Origin: the human T2T-CHM13v2.0 reference genome, Homo sapiens | DNA length: 64,000 nucleotides | Direction: 5' to 3' (one strand) | NCBI RefSeq assembly: GCF_009914755.1 | Contig: NC_060930.1 | Part shown: positions 1 through 11,600 of the stretch, piece by piece | Layout of the letters: each line of letters starts with the position of its first letter | How positions within the stretch are numbered: position 1 is the stretch's first letter | Translations under genes and position numbers: made by a program | Notes under the pieces: generated by a model | Seen by the model: only the letters and a program-made list of their open reading frames with translations | What the model was told of the DNA's origin: nothing | Databases searched by the model: none

Positions 1-64
1 TAGAGCAGTGTTGAAACACTCTTTTTGTAGAAACTGCAAGTGGATATTTGGACCTCTTTGAGGC

Positions 65-81
65 CTTCGTTGGAAACGGGA
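65..81 (+). promoter_or_regulatory. CENP-B box (intact), recurring once per HOR
   Basis: CTTCGTTGGAAACGGGA matches the core NTTCGNNNNANNCGGGN. Confidence 0.95.
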
Positions 82-404
82 TTTCTTCCTATAACCCTAG
101 ACAGAAGAATTTTCAGAAACCTCATTGTGATGTGTGCGTTCATCTCACAGAGTGGAGTCTTCCGTTTGATAGAGAAGTTTTGAAACCCTGTTCTTGTAGG
201 ATTTCCAAGTGGATATTTAGACCACTTTGAAGCCTATGATAGAAAAGGAAACATCTTCATGGAAAACATAGATAGAATCATCCTCAGAAACAACTTTGTG
301 ATGTGTGCGTTGAACTCACCGTCTTTAACCTTTCTTTTGGTAGAGAAGTTTTGAAACACTCTCTTTGTAAAGTCTACAAGTGGATATTTTGAGCCCTTGG
401 AGGC

Positions 405-421
405 ATTCTTTGGAAAAGGGA
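405..421 (+). promoter_or_regulatory. Degenerate CENP-B box (fixed in all units)
   Basis: ATTCTTTGGAAAAGGGA; both core CpGs lost. Confidence 0.85.
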
Positions 422-575
422 ATGTCTTCACATAAAAGGCAGACGGAAGTGTTCTCAGAAACTGCTTTGTGATGTCTGTGTTCAACTCACAGAGTTTAAC
501 ATTTCCTTTGATAGAGCGGTTTAGTAACCCTCTCTTTGTAGAATTTGGAAGTGTATACTAAGAGCGCTTTGAGGC

Positions 576-592
576 CTATGGTAGAAAAGGAA
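576..592 (+). promoter_or_regulatory. pJalpha-type (A-box) motif, example of the alternate monomer type
   Basis: CTATGGTAGAAAAGGAA sits at the position homologous to the CENP-B box. Confidence 0.75.
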
Positions 593-746
593 ATATCTTT
601 CCATAAAAGCTAGACAGAAGCAATCTCAGAAACTCCTCTGTGATGTCTGCATTCAACTCACCGAGTGGAACATTCCTCTTGAGAGAGCAGTTTGGAAACA
701 CTCTTTCTGTAGAATCAGCTTGTTTGTATTTGGACCTCCTTGAGGC

Positions 747-763
747 CTTCGTTGGAAACGGGT
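747..763 (+). promoter_or_regulatory. CENP-B box (core intact)
   Basis: CTTCGTTGGAAACGGGT. Confidence 0.9.
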
Positions 764-1086
764 TTTCATCTTATAAACCCAGACAGAAGAATTCTCAGAG
801 TCTTCTTTGTGATGTGTGCTTTCAACTCACCGAGATAAAGATTTCTCTTGATAGAGCAATTTGGAAACACTCTTTTTGTAGAATTTGCAAGGGTACATTG
901 AGAGCGCTTTCAGGCCTATGGTAGAAAAGGGAATATCTTTCCATAAAAGGTAGACAGAAGCAATCTCAGAAACTACTTTGTGATGTGTGCATTCAACTCA
1001 CCGAGTGCAACGTTCCTCTTGACCGAGCAGTTTGGAAACATTGTTTCTGTAGAATCTGCAAGTGGATATTTGGACCTCTTTGAGGC

Positions 1087-1103
1087 CTTCGTTGGAAACG
1101 GGA
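1087..1103 (+). promoter_or_regulatory. CENP-B box (intact)
   Basis: CTTCGTTGGAAACGGGA. Confidence 0.95.
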
Positions 1104-1426
1104 TTTCTTCCTATAAACCCAGACAGAAGAATTCTCAGAGACTTCTTTGTGATGTGTGAATTCAACTCACAGTGTGGATCCTTCCTTTTGATAGAGCAGT
1201 TTTGAAACCCTGTTTTTGTAGTATTTCCAAGCGGATATTTGGAACGCCTTGAAGCGTATGGTAGAAAAGGAAATATCTTCCCATAAAACCTAGACAGAAC
1301 CAATCTCAGAAACGACTTTGTGATGTCTGCATTCAAGTCACAGAGTTGAACATTTCTCTTGATAGAGCAGTTTTGAAACCCTCTTTCTGAAGGATCTGCA
1401 AGTGGATATTTGGAACTCCTTTGGGT

Positions 1427-1443
1427 CTTCGTTGGAAACGGGA
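1427..1443 (+). promoter_or_regulatory. CENP-B box (intact)
   Basis: CTTCGTTGGAAACGGGA. Confidence 0.95.
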
Positions 1444-1763
1444 TTTCTTCGTATAAATCTAGACAGAAGAATTCTCCGAAACTTCTTTGGTTGTGTGCAT
1501 TCAAGTCACAGAGTGGAACCTTCCTTTGGATAGAGCAGTTTGAAACGCCGTGGTTGTAGTATTTCCAAGCGGATATTAGAGCGCCTTGAGGCCTATGGTA
1601 GAAAAGGAAATATCTTCCCATAAAACCTAGACGGAAGCAATCTCAGAAACTACTGTGTGATGGCTGCATTCCACACACACGGTGGAACATTTCTCTTGAT
1701 AGAGCAGTTTTGAAACACTCTTTCTGTAGAATCTGCAAGTGGATAATTGGACCGCCTTGAGGC

Positions 1764-1780
1764 CTTCGTTGGAAACGGGA
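1764..1780 (+). promoter_or_regulatory. CENP-B box (intact; absent from 15-mers)
   Basis: CTTCGTTGGAAACGGGA. Confidence 0.95.
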
Positions 1781-1932
1781 TTTCTTCATGTTACTCTAGA
1801 TAGAAGAATTCTCAAACACTGCTATGTGATGTTTGCATTCAAGTCACAGAGTGCAACATTCCTCTTGGTAGAGCAGTTGGGAAACACTCCTTTTGTAGAA
1901 TCTGCAATGGGATATTTGGACTTCTTTGAGGC

Positions 1933-1949
1933 CTTCGTTGGAAACGGGA
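1933..1949 (+). promoter_or_regulatory. CENP-B box (intact; in the monomer adjacent to the previous box; absent from 15-mers)
   Basis: CTTCGTTGGAAACGGGA, 169 bp after the 1764 box. Confidence 0.95.
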
Positions 1950-2272
1950 TTTCTTCGTATGAATCTAGACAGAAGAATTCTCAGAAACTTCCTTGTGATG
2001 TGTGCATTCAACTCAGCGAGTGGCACCTTCCTTTGGATACAGCAGTTTTGAAACACTGTTTTTGTAGTATTTCCAAGCGGATATTTAGAGCGCCTTGAAG
2101 CCTATGCTAGAAATGGAAATATCTCCCCATAAAACCAAGACAGAAGCAATCTCAGAAACTAATGTGTGATGGCTGCATTCCACACACACGGTGGACCATT
2201 TCTCTTGATAGAGCAGTTTTGAAACACTCTTTCTGTAGAATCTGCAAGTGGATAATTGGACCTCCTAGAGGC

Positions 2273-2289
2273 CTTCGTTGGAAACGGGA
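2273..2289 (+). promoter_or_regulatory. CENP-B box (intact)
   Basis: CTTCGTTGGAAACGGGA. Confidence 0.95.
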
Positions 2290-2611
2290 TTTCTTCATCT
2301 AAACCTACAGAGAAGAATTCTCAGTAACTTCTTCGGATGTGTGCATTCGACTCACAGAATGGAACATTCCCTTTGATAGAGCAGTTTTGAGACACCGTTT
2401 TTGTAGAATTCCCAAGTGGATATTTAGAGCACTTTGAAGTCTCTGCTAGAAAAGGAAACATCTTCATGTAAAAAGTAGATAGAATCGTTCTCAGAAAGTG
2501 CTTAGTGACGTGTGCGTTCAACTCACAGAGTTTAACGTTTCTTTTGATAGAGCGTTTCTGAAACACCCTTCTTGTAGTAGCTGCAAGTGGATATTTGGAC
2601 CTATTGGAGGC

Positions 2612-2628
2612 CTTCTTTGGAAACGGGA
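2612..2628 (+). promoter_or_regulatory. Degenerate CENP-B box (fixed in all units)
   Basis: CTTCTTTGGAAACGGGA; first core CpG changed by G>T. Confidence 0.85.
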
Positions 2629-5600
2629 TTTCTTCATGTAACTCTAGATTGAAGAATTCTCAGAAACTCCTTTGTGATGTGTGCATTCAATTCAAAGAGT
2701 GAAACCTCCCTTTTCACAGAGCAGTTTTGAAACACTGTTTTTGTAGGATTTCCAAGGGGATATTTATAGCGCATTGAGCCTACGGCGGAAAAAGAAACAT
2801 CTTCCTATAAAAACTAGACAGAATACTTCTCAGAATCTGCTTTGCGATGTGTGCGTTCAACTCACAGAGTAAAACTTTTCTTTTGATAGAGCAGTTTTGA
2901 AACACTCTTTTTGTAGTATTTGCATGTGTATATTTAGAGCGCATTGAAGCCCACAGTAGAAAAGGAAATAACTTCACCTAAAACCTAGACAGAAGCAATC
3001 TCAGAAACTACTTTGTGATGTGTACATTCAACTCACAGAGTGGAACTTTCCTCTTTATAGAGCAGTGTTGAAACACTCTTTTTGTAGAAACTGCAAGTGG
3101 ATATTTGGACCTCTTTGAGGCCTTCGTTGGAAACGGGATTTCTTCCTATAACCCTAGACAGAAGAATTTTCAGAAACCTCATTGTGATGTGTGCGTTCAT
3201 CTCACAGAGTGGAGTCTTCCGTTTGATAGAGAAGTTTTGAAACCCTGTTCTTGTAGGATTTCCAAGTGGATATTTAGACCACTTTGAAGCCTATGATAGA
3301 AAAGGAAACATCTTCATGGAAAACATAGATAGAATCATCCTCAGAAACAACTTTGTGATGTGTGCGTTGAACTCACCGTCTTTAACCTTTCTTTTGGTAG
3401 AGAAGTTTTGAAACACTCTCTTTGTAAAGTCTACAAGTGGATATTTTGAGCCCTTGGAGGCATTCTTTGGAAAAGGGAATGTCTTCACATAAAAGGCAGA
3501 CGGAAGTGTTCTCAGAAACTGCTTTGTGATGTCTGTGTTCAACTCACAGAGTTTAACATTTCCTTTGATAGAGCGGTTTAGTAACCCTCTCTTTGTAGAA
3601 TTTGGAAGTGTATACTAAGAGCGCTTTGAGGCCTATGGTAGAAAAGGAAATATCTTTCCATAAAAGCTAGACAGAAGCAATCTCAGAAACTCCTCTGTGA
3701 TGTCTGCATTCAACTCACCGAGTGGAACATTCCTCTTGAGAGAGCAGTTTGGAAACACTCTTTCTGTAGAATCAGCTTGTTTGTATTTGGACCTCCTTGA
3801 GGCCTTCGTTGGAAACGGGTTTTCATCTTATAAACCCAGACAGAAGAATTCTCAGAGTCTTCTTTGTGATGTGTGCTTTCAACTCACCGAGATAAAGATT
3901 TCTCTTGATAGAGCAATTTGGAAACACTCTTTTTGTAGAATTTGCAAGGGTACATTGAGAGCGCTTTCAGGCCTATGGTAGAAAAGGGAATATCTTTCCA
4001 TAAAAGGTAGACAGAAGCAATCTCAGAAACTACTTTGTGATGTGTGCATTCAACTCACCGAGTGCAACGTTCCTCTTGACCGAGCAGTTTGGAAACATTG
4101 TTTCTGTAGAATCTGCAAGTGGATATTTGGACCTCTTTGAGGCCTTCGTTGGAAACGGGATTTCTTCCTATAAACCCAGACAGAAGAATTCTCAGAGACT
4201 TCTTTGTGATGTGTGAATTCAACTCACAGTGTGGATCCTTCCTTTTGATAGAGCAGTTTTGAAACCCTGTTTTTGTAGTATTTCCAAGCGGATATTTGGA
4301 ACGCCTTGAAGCGTATGGTAGAAAAGGAAATATCTTCCCATAAAACCTAGACAGAACCAATCTCAGAAACGACTTTGTGATGTCTGCATTCAAGTCACAG
4401 AGTTGAACATTTCTCTTGATAGAGCAGTTTTGAAACCCTCTTTCTGAAGGATCTGCAAGTGGATATTTGGAACTCCTTTGGGTCTTCGTTGGAAACGGGA
4501 TTTCTTCGTATAAATCTAGACAGAAGAATTCTCCGAAACTTCTTTGGTTGTGTGCATTCAAGTCACAGAGTGGAACCTTCCTTTGGATAGAGCAGTTTGA
4601 AACGCCGTGGTTGTAGTATTTCCAAGCGGATATTAGAGCGCCTTGAGGCCTATGGTAGAAAAGGAAATATCTTCCCATAAAACCTAGACGGAAGCAATCT
4701 CAGAAACTACTGTGTGATGGCTGCATTCCACACACACGGTGGAACATTTCTCTTGATAGAGCAGTTTTGAAACACTCTTTCTGTAGAATCTGCAAGTGGA
4801 TAATTGGACCGCCTTGAGGCCTTCGTTGGAAACGGGATTTCTTCATGTTACTCTAGATAGAAGAATTCTCAAACACTGCTATGTGATGTTTGCATTCAAG
4901 TCACAGAGTGCAACATTCCTCTTGGTAGAGCAGTTGGGAAACACTCCTTTTGTAGAATCTGCAATGGGATATTTGGACTTCTTTGAGGCCTTCGTTGGAA
5001 ACGGGATTTCTTCGTATGAATCTAGACAGAAGAATTCTCAGAAACTTCCTTGTGATGTGTGCATTCAACTCAGCGAGTGGCACCTTCCTTTGGATACAGC
5101 AGTTTTGAAACACTGTTTTTGTAGTATTTCCAAGCGGATATTTAGAGCGCCTTGAAGCCTATGCTAGAAATGGAAATATCTCCCCATAAAACCAAGACAG
5201 AAGCAATCTCAGAAACTAATGTGTGATGGCTGCATTCCACACACACGGTGGACCATTTCTCTTGATAGAGCAGTTTTGAAACACTCTTTCTGTAGAATCT
5301 GCAAGTGGATAATTGGACCTCCTAGAGGCCTTCGTTGGAAACGGGATTTCTTCATCTAAACCTACAGAGAAGAATTCTCAGTAACTTCTTCGGATGTGTG
5401 CATTCGACTCACAGAATGGAACATTCCCTTTGATAGAGCAGTTTTGAGACACCGTTTTTGTAGAATTCCCAAGTGGATATTTAGAGCACTTTGAAGTCTC
5501 TGCTAGAAAAGGAAACATCTTCATGTAAAAAGTAGATAGAATCGTTCTCAGAAAGTGCTTAGTGACGTGTGCGTTCAACTCACAGAGTTTAACGTTTCTT

Positions 5601-8600
5601 TTGATAGAGCGTTTCTGAAACACCCTTCTTGTAGTAGCTGCAAGTGGATATTTGGACCTATTGGAGGCCTTCTTTGGAAACGGGATTTCTTCATGTAACT
5701 CTAGATTGAAGAATTCTCAGAAACTCCTTTGTGATGTGTGCATTCAATTCAAAGAGTGAAACCTCCCTTTTCACAGAGCAGTTTTGAAACACTGTTTTTG
5801 TAGGATTTCCAAGGGGATATTTATAGCGCATTGAGCCTACGGCGGAAAAAGAAACATCTTCCTATAAAAACTAGACAGAATACTTCTCAGAATCTGCTTT
5901 GCGATGTGTGCGTTCAACTCACAGAGTAAAACTTTTCTTTTGATAGAGCAGTTTTGAAACACTCTTTTTGTAGTATTTGCATGTGTATATTTAGAGCGCA
6001 TTGAAGCCCACAGTAGAAAAGGAAATAACTTCACCTAAAACCTAGACAGAAGCAATCTCAGAAACTACTTTGTGATGTGTACATTCAACTCACAGAGTGG
6101 AACTTTCCTCTTTATAGAGCAGTGTTGAAACACTCTTTTTGTAGAAACTGCAAGTGGATATTTGGACCTCTTTGAGGCCTTCGTTGGAAACGGGATTTCT
6201 TCCTATAACCCTAGACAGAAGAATTTTCAGAAACCTCATTGTGATGTGTGCGTTCATCTCACAGAGTGGAGTCTTCCGTTTGATAGAGAAGTTTTGAAAC
6301 CCTGTTCTTGTAGGATTTCCAAGTGGATATTTAGACCACTTTGAAGCCTATGATAGAAAAGGAAACATCTTCATGGAAAACATAGATAGAATCATCCTCA
6401 GAAACAACTTTGTGATGTGTGCGTTGAACTCACCGTCTTTAACCTTTCTTTTGGTAGAGAAGTTTTGAAACACTCTCTTTGTAAAGTCTACAAGTGGATA
6501 TTTTGAGCCCTTGGAGGCATTCTTTGGAAAAGGGAATGTCTTCACATAAAAGGCAGACGGAAGTGTTCTCAGAAACTGCTTTGTGATGTCTGTGTTCAAC
6601 TCACAGAGTTTAACATTTCCTTTGATAGAGCGGTTTAGTAACCCTCTCTTTGTAGAATTTGGAAGTGTATACTAAGAGCGCTTTGAGGCCTATGGTAGAA
6701 AAGGAAATATCTTTCCATAAAAGCTAGACAGAAGCAATCTCAGAAACTCCTCTGCGATGTCTGCATTCAACTCACCGAGTGGAACATTCCTCTTGAGAGA
6801 GCAGTTTGGAAACACTCTTTCTGTAGAATCAGCTTGTTTGTATTTGGACCTCCTTGAGGCCTTCGTTGGAAACGGGTTTTCATCTTATAAACCCAGACAG
6901 AAGAATTCTCAGAGTCTTCTTTGTGATGTGTGCTTTCAACTCACCGAGATAAAGATTTCTCTTGATAGAGCAATTTGGAAACACTCTTTTTGTAGAATTT
7001 GCAAGGGTACATTGAGAGCGCTTTCAGGCCTATGGTAGAAAAGGGAATATCTTTCCATAAAAGGTAGACAGAAGCAATCTCAGAAACTACTTTGTGATGT
7101 GTGCATTCAACTCACCGAGTGCAACGTTCCTCTTGACCGAGCAGTTTGGAAACATTGTTTCTGTAGAATCTGCAAGTGGATATTTGGACCTCTTTGAGGC
7201 CTTCGTTGGAAACGGGATTTCTTCCTATAAACCCAGACAGAAGAATTCTCAGAGACTTCTTTGTGATGTGTGAATTCAACTCACAGTGTGGATCCTTCCT
7301 TTTGATAGAGCAGTTTTGAAACCCTGTTTTTGTAGTATTTCCAAGCGGATATTTGGAACGCCTTGAAGCGTATGGTAGAAAAGGAAATATCTTCCCATAA
7401 AACCTAGACAGAACCAATCTCAGAAACGACTTTGTGATGTCTGCATTCAAGTCACAGAGTTGAACATTTCTCTTGATAGAGCAGTTTTGAAACCCTCTTT
7501 CTGAAGGATCTGCAAGTGGATATTTGGAACTCCTTTGGGTCTTCGTTGGAAACGGGATTTCTTCGTATAAATCTAGACAGAAGAATTCTCCGAAACTTCT
7601 TTGGTTGTGTGCATTCAAGTCACAGAGTGGAACCTTCCTTTGGATAGAGCAGTTTGAAACGCCGTGGTTGTAGTATTTCCAAGCGGATATTAGAGCGCCT
7701 TGAGGCCTATGGTAGAAAAGGAAATATCTTCCCATAAAACCTAGACGGAAGCAATCTCAGAAACTACTGTGTGATGGCTGCATTCCACACACACGGTGGA
7801 ACATTTCTCTTGATAGAGCAGTTTTGAAACACTCTTTCTGTAGAATCTGCAAGTGGATAATTGGACCGCCTTGAGGCCTTCGTTGGAAACGGGATTTCTT
7901 CATGTTACTCTAGATAGAAGAATTCTCAAACACTGCTATGTGATGTTTGCATTCAAGTCACAGAGTGCAACATTCCTCTTGGTAGAGCAGTTGGGAAACA
8001 CTCCTTTTGTAGAATCTGCAATGGGATATTTGGACTTCTTTGAGGCCTTCGTTGGAAACGGGATTTCTTCGTATGAATCTAGACAGAAGAATTCTCAGAA
8101 ACTTCCTTGTGATGTGTGCATTCAACTCAGCGAGTGGCACCTTCCTTTGGATACAGCAGTTTTGAAACACTGTTTTTGTAGTATTTCCAAGCGGATATTT
8201 AGAGCGCCTTGAAGCCTATGCTAGAAATGGAAATAGCTCCCCATAAAACCAAGACAGAAGCAATCTCAGAAACTAATGTGTGATGGCTGCATTCCACACA
8301 CACGGTGGACCATTTCTCTTGATAGAGCAGTTTTGAAACACTCTTTCTGTAGAATCTGCAAGTGGATAATTGGACCTCCTAGAGGCCTTCGTTGGAAACG
8401 GGATTTCATCTAAACCTACAGAGAAGAATTCTCAGTAACTTCTTCGGATGTGTGCATTCGACTCACAGAATGGAACATTCCCTTTGATAGAGCAGTTTTG
8501 AGACACCGTTTTTGTAGAATTCCCAAGTGGATATTTAGAGCACTTTGAAGTCTCTGCTAGAAAAGGAAACATCTTCATGTAAAAAGTAGATAGAATCGTT

Positions 8601-11600
8601 CTCAGAAAGTGCTTAGTGACGTGTGCGTTCAACTCACAGAGTTTAACGTTTCTTTTGATAGAGCGTTTCTGAAACACCCTTCTTGTAGTAGCTGCAAGTG
8701 GATATTTGGACCTATTGGAGGCCTTCTTTGGAAACGGGATTTCTTCATGTAACTCTAGATTGAAGAATTCTCAGAAACTCCTTTGTGATGTGTGCATTCA
8801 ATTCAAAGAGTGAAACCTCCCTTTTCACAGAGCAGTTTTGAAACACTGTTTTTGTAGGATTTCCAAGGGGATATTTATAGCGCATTGAGCCTACGGCGGA
8901 AAAAGAAACATCTTCCTATAAAAACTAGACAGAATACTTCTCAGAATCTGCTTTGCGATGTGTGCGTTCAACTCACAGAGTAAAACTTTTCTTTTGATAG
9001 AGCAGTTTTGAAACACTCTTTTTGTAGTATTTGCATGTGTATATTTAGAGCGCATTGAAGCCCACAGTAGAAAAGGAAATAACTTCACCTAAAACCTAGA
9101 CAGAAGCAATCTCAGAAACTACTTTGTGATGTGTACATTCAACTCACAGAGTGGAACTTTCCTCTTTATAGAGCAGTGTTGAAACACTCTTTTTGTAGAA
9201 ACTGCAAGTGGATATTTGGACCTCTTTGAGGCCTTCGTTGGAAACGGGATTTCTTCCTATAACCCTAGACAGAAGAATTTTCAGAAACCTCATTGTGATG
9301 TGTGCGTTCATCTCACAGAGTGGAGTCTTCCGTTTGATAGAGAAGTTTTGAAACCCTGTTCTTGTAGGATTTCCAAGTGGATATTTAGACCACTTTGAAG
9401 CCTATGATAGAAAAGGAAACATCTTCATGGAAAACATAGATAGAATCATCCTCAGAAACAACTTTGTGATGTGTGCGTTGAACTCACCGTCTTTAACCTT
9501 TCTTTTGGTAGAGAAGTTTTGAAACACTCTCTTTGTAAAGTCTACAAGTGGATATTTTGAGCCCTTGGAGGCATTCTTTGGAAAAGGGAATGTCTTCACA
9601 TAAAAGGCAGACGGAAGTGTTCTCAGAAACTGCTTTGTGATGTCTGTGTTCAACTCACAGAGTTTAACATTTCCTTTGATAGAGCGGTTTAGTAACCCTC
9701 TCTTTGTAGAATTTGGAAGTGTATATTAAGAGCGCTTTGAGGCCTATGGTAGAAAAGGAAATATCTTTCCATAAAAGCTAGACAGAAGCAATCTCAGAAA
9801 CTCCTTTGCGATGTCTGCATTCAACTCACCGAGTGGAACATTCCTCTTGAGAGAGCAGTTTGGAAACACTCTTTCTGTAGAATCAGCTTGTTTGTATTTG
9901 GACCTCCTTGAGGCCTTCGTTGGAAACGGGTTTTCATCTTATAAACCCAGACAGAAGAATTCTCAGAGTCTTCTTTGTGATGTGTGCTTTCAACTCACCG
10001 AGATAAAGATTTCTCTTGATAGAGCAATTTGGAAACACTCTTTTTGTAGAATTTGCAAGGGTACATTGAGAGCGCTTTCAGGCCTATGGTAGAAAAGGGA
10101 ATATCTTTCCATAAAAGGTAGACAGAAGCAATCTCAGAAACTACTTTGTGATGTGTGCATTCAACTCACCGAGTGCAACGTTCCTCTTGACCGAGCAGTT
10201 TGGAAACATTGTTTCTGTAGAATCTGCAAGTGGATATTTGGACCTCTTTGAGGCCTTCGTTGGAAACGGGATTTCTTCCTATAAACCCAGACAGAAGAAT
10301 TCTCAGAGACTTCTTTGTGATGTGTGAATTCAACTCACAGTGTGGATCCTTCCTTTTGATAGAGCAGTTTTGAAACCCTGTTTTTGTAGTATTTCCAAGC
10401 AGATATTTGGAACGCCTTGAAGCGTATGGTAGAAAAGGAAATATCTTCCCATAAAACCTAGACAGAACCAATCTCAGAAACGACTTTGTGATGTCTGCAT
10501 TCAAGTCACAGAGTTGAACATTTCTCTTGATAGAGCAGTTTTGAAACCCTCTTTCTGAAGGATCTGCAAGTGGATATTTGGAACTCCTTTGGGTCTTCGT
10601 TGGAAACGGGATTTCTTCGTATAAATCTAGACAGAAGAATTCTCCGAAACTTCTTTGGTTGTGTGCATTCAAGTCACAGAGTGGAACCTTCCTTTGGATA
10701 GAGCAGTTTGAAACGCCGTGGTTGTAGTATTTCCAAGCGGATATTAGAGCGCCTTGAGGCCTATGGTAGAAAAGGAAATATCTTCCCATAAAACCTAGAC
10801 GGAAGCAATCTCAGAAACTACTGTGTGATGGCTGCATTCCACACACACGGTGGAACATTTCTCTTGATAGAGCAGTTTTGAAACACTCTTTCTGTAGAAT
10901 CTGCAAGTGGATAATTGGACCGCCTTGAGGCCTTCGTTGGAAACGGGATTTCTTCATGTTACTCTAGATAGAAGAATTCTCAAACACTGCTATGTGATGT
11001 TTGCATTCAAGTCACAGAGTGCAACATTCCTCTTGGTAGAGCAGTTGGGAAACACTCCTTTTGTAGAATCTGCAATGGGATATTTGGACTTCTTTGAGGC
11101 CTTCGTTGGAAACGGGATTTCTTCGTATGAATCTAGACAGAAGAATTCTCAGAAACTTCCTTGTGATGTGTGCATTCAACTCAGCGAGTGGCACCTTCCT
11201 TTGGATACAGCAGTTTTGAAACACTGTTTTTGTAGTATTTCCAAGCGGATATTTAGAGCGCCTTGAAGCCTATGCTAGAAATGGAAATAGCTCCCCATAA
11301 AACCAAGACAGAAGCAATCTCAGAAACTAATGTGTGATGGCTGCATTCCACACACACGGTGGACCATTTCTCTTGATAGAGCAGTTTTGAAACACTCTTT
11401 CTGTAGAATCTGCAAGTGGATAATTGGACCTCCTAGAGGCCTTCGTTGGAAACGGGATTTCTTCATCTAAACCTACAGAGAAGAATTCTCAGTAACTTCT
11501 TCGGATGTGTGCATTCGACGCACAGAATGGAACATTCCCTTTGATAGAGCAGTTTTGAGACACCGTTTTTGTAGAATTCCCAAGTGGATATTTAGAGCAC

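Larger units (their letters stand above)
1..3057 (+). repeat. Reference 18-monomer HOR unit (U1), box order B A b A B A B A B A B B A B A b A A (B = intact CENP-B box, b = degenerate, A = pJalpha type)
   Basis: The sequence at 1 (tagagcagtgttgaaacactc) recurs at 3058. B/b boxes start at 65, 405, 747, 1087, 1427, 1764, 1933, 2273 and 2612. Confidence 0.95.

Noticed and set aside
998-1621. 207-aa minus-strand ORF and the other 60-119 aa ORFs recurring in every unit
   Set aside because: These are translations of satellite monomers (internally repeated FQNCSIKR motifs), overlap on both strands, show no recognisable domain, and are broken by a stop in U12 and truncated in the 15-mers. Their recurrence reflects DNA repeat identity, not coding constraint.
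1672-1681. CACACACAC microsatellite-like run
   Set aside because: It is a short substitution-derived variant of CAACTCAC in two paralogous monomers, and its length is invariant across units.
65-2289. Regularly spaced identical 17-bp motifs resembling a CRISPR array
   Set aside because: They are CENP-B boxes. The intervening DNA is homologous monomer sequence 150-320 bp long, not unique spacers, and there are no cas genes.
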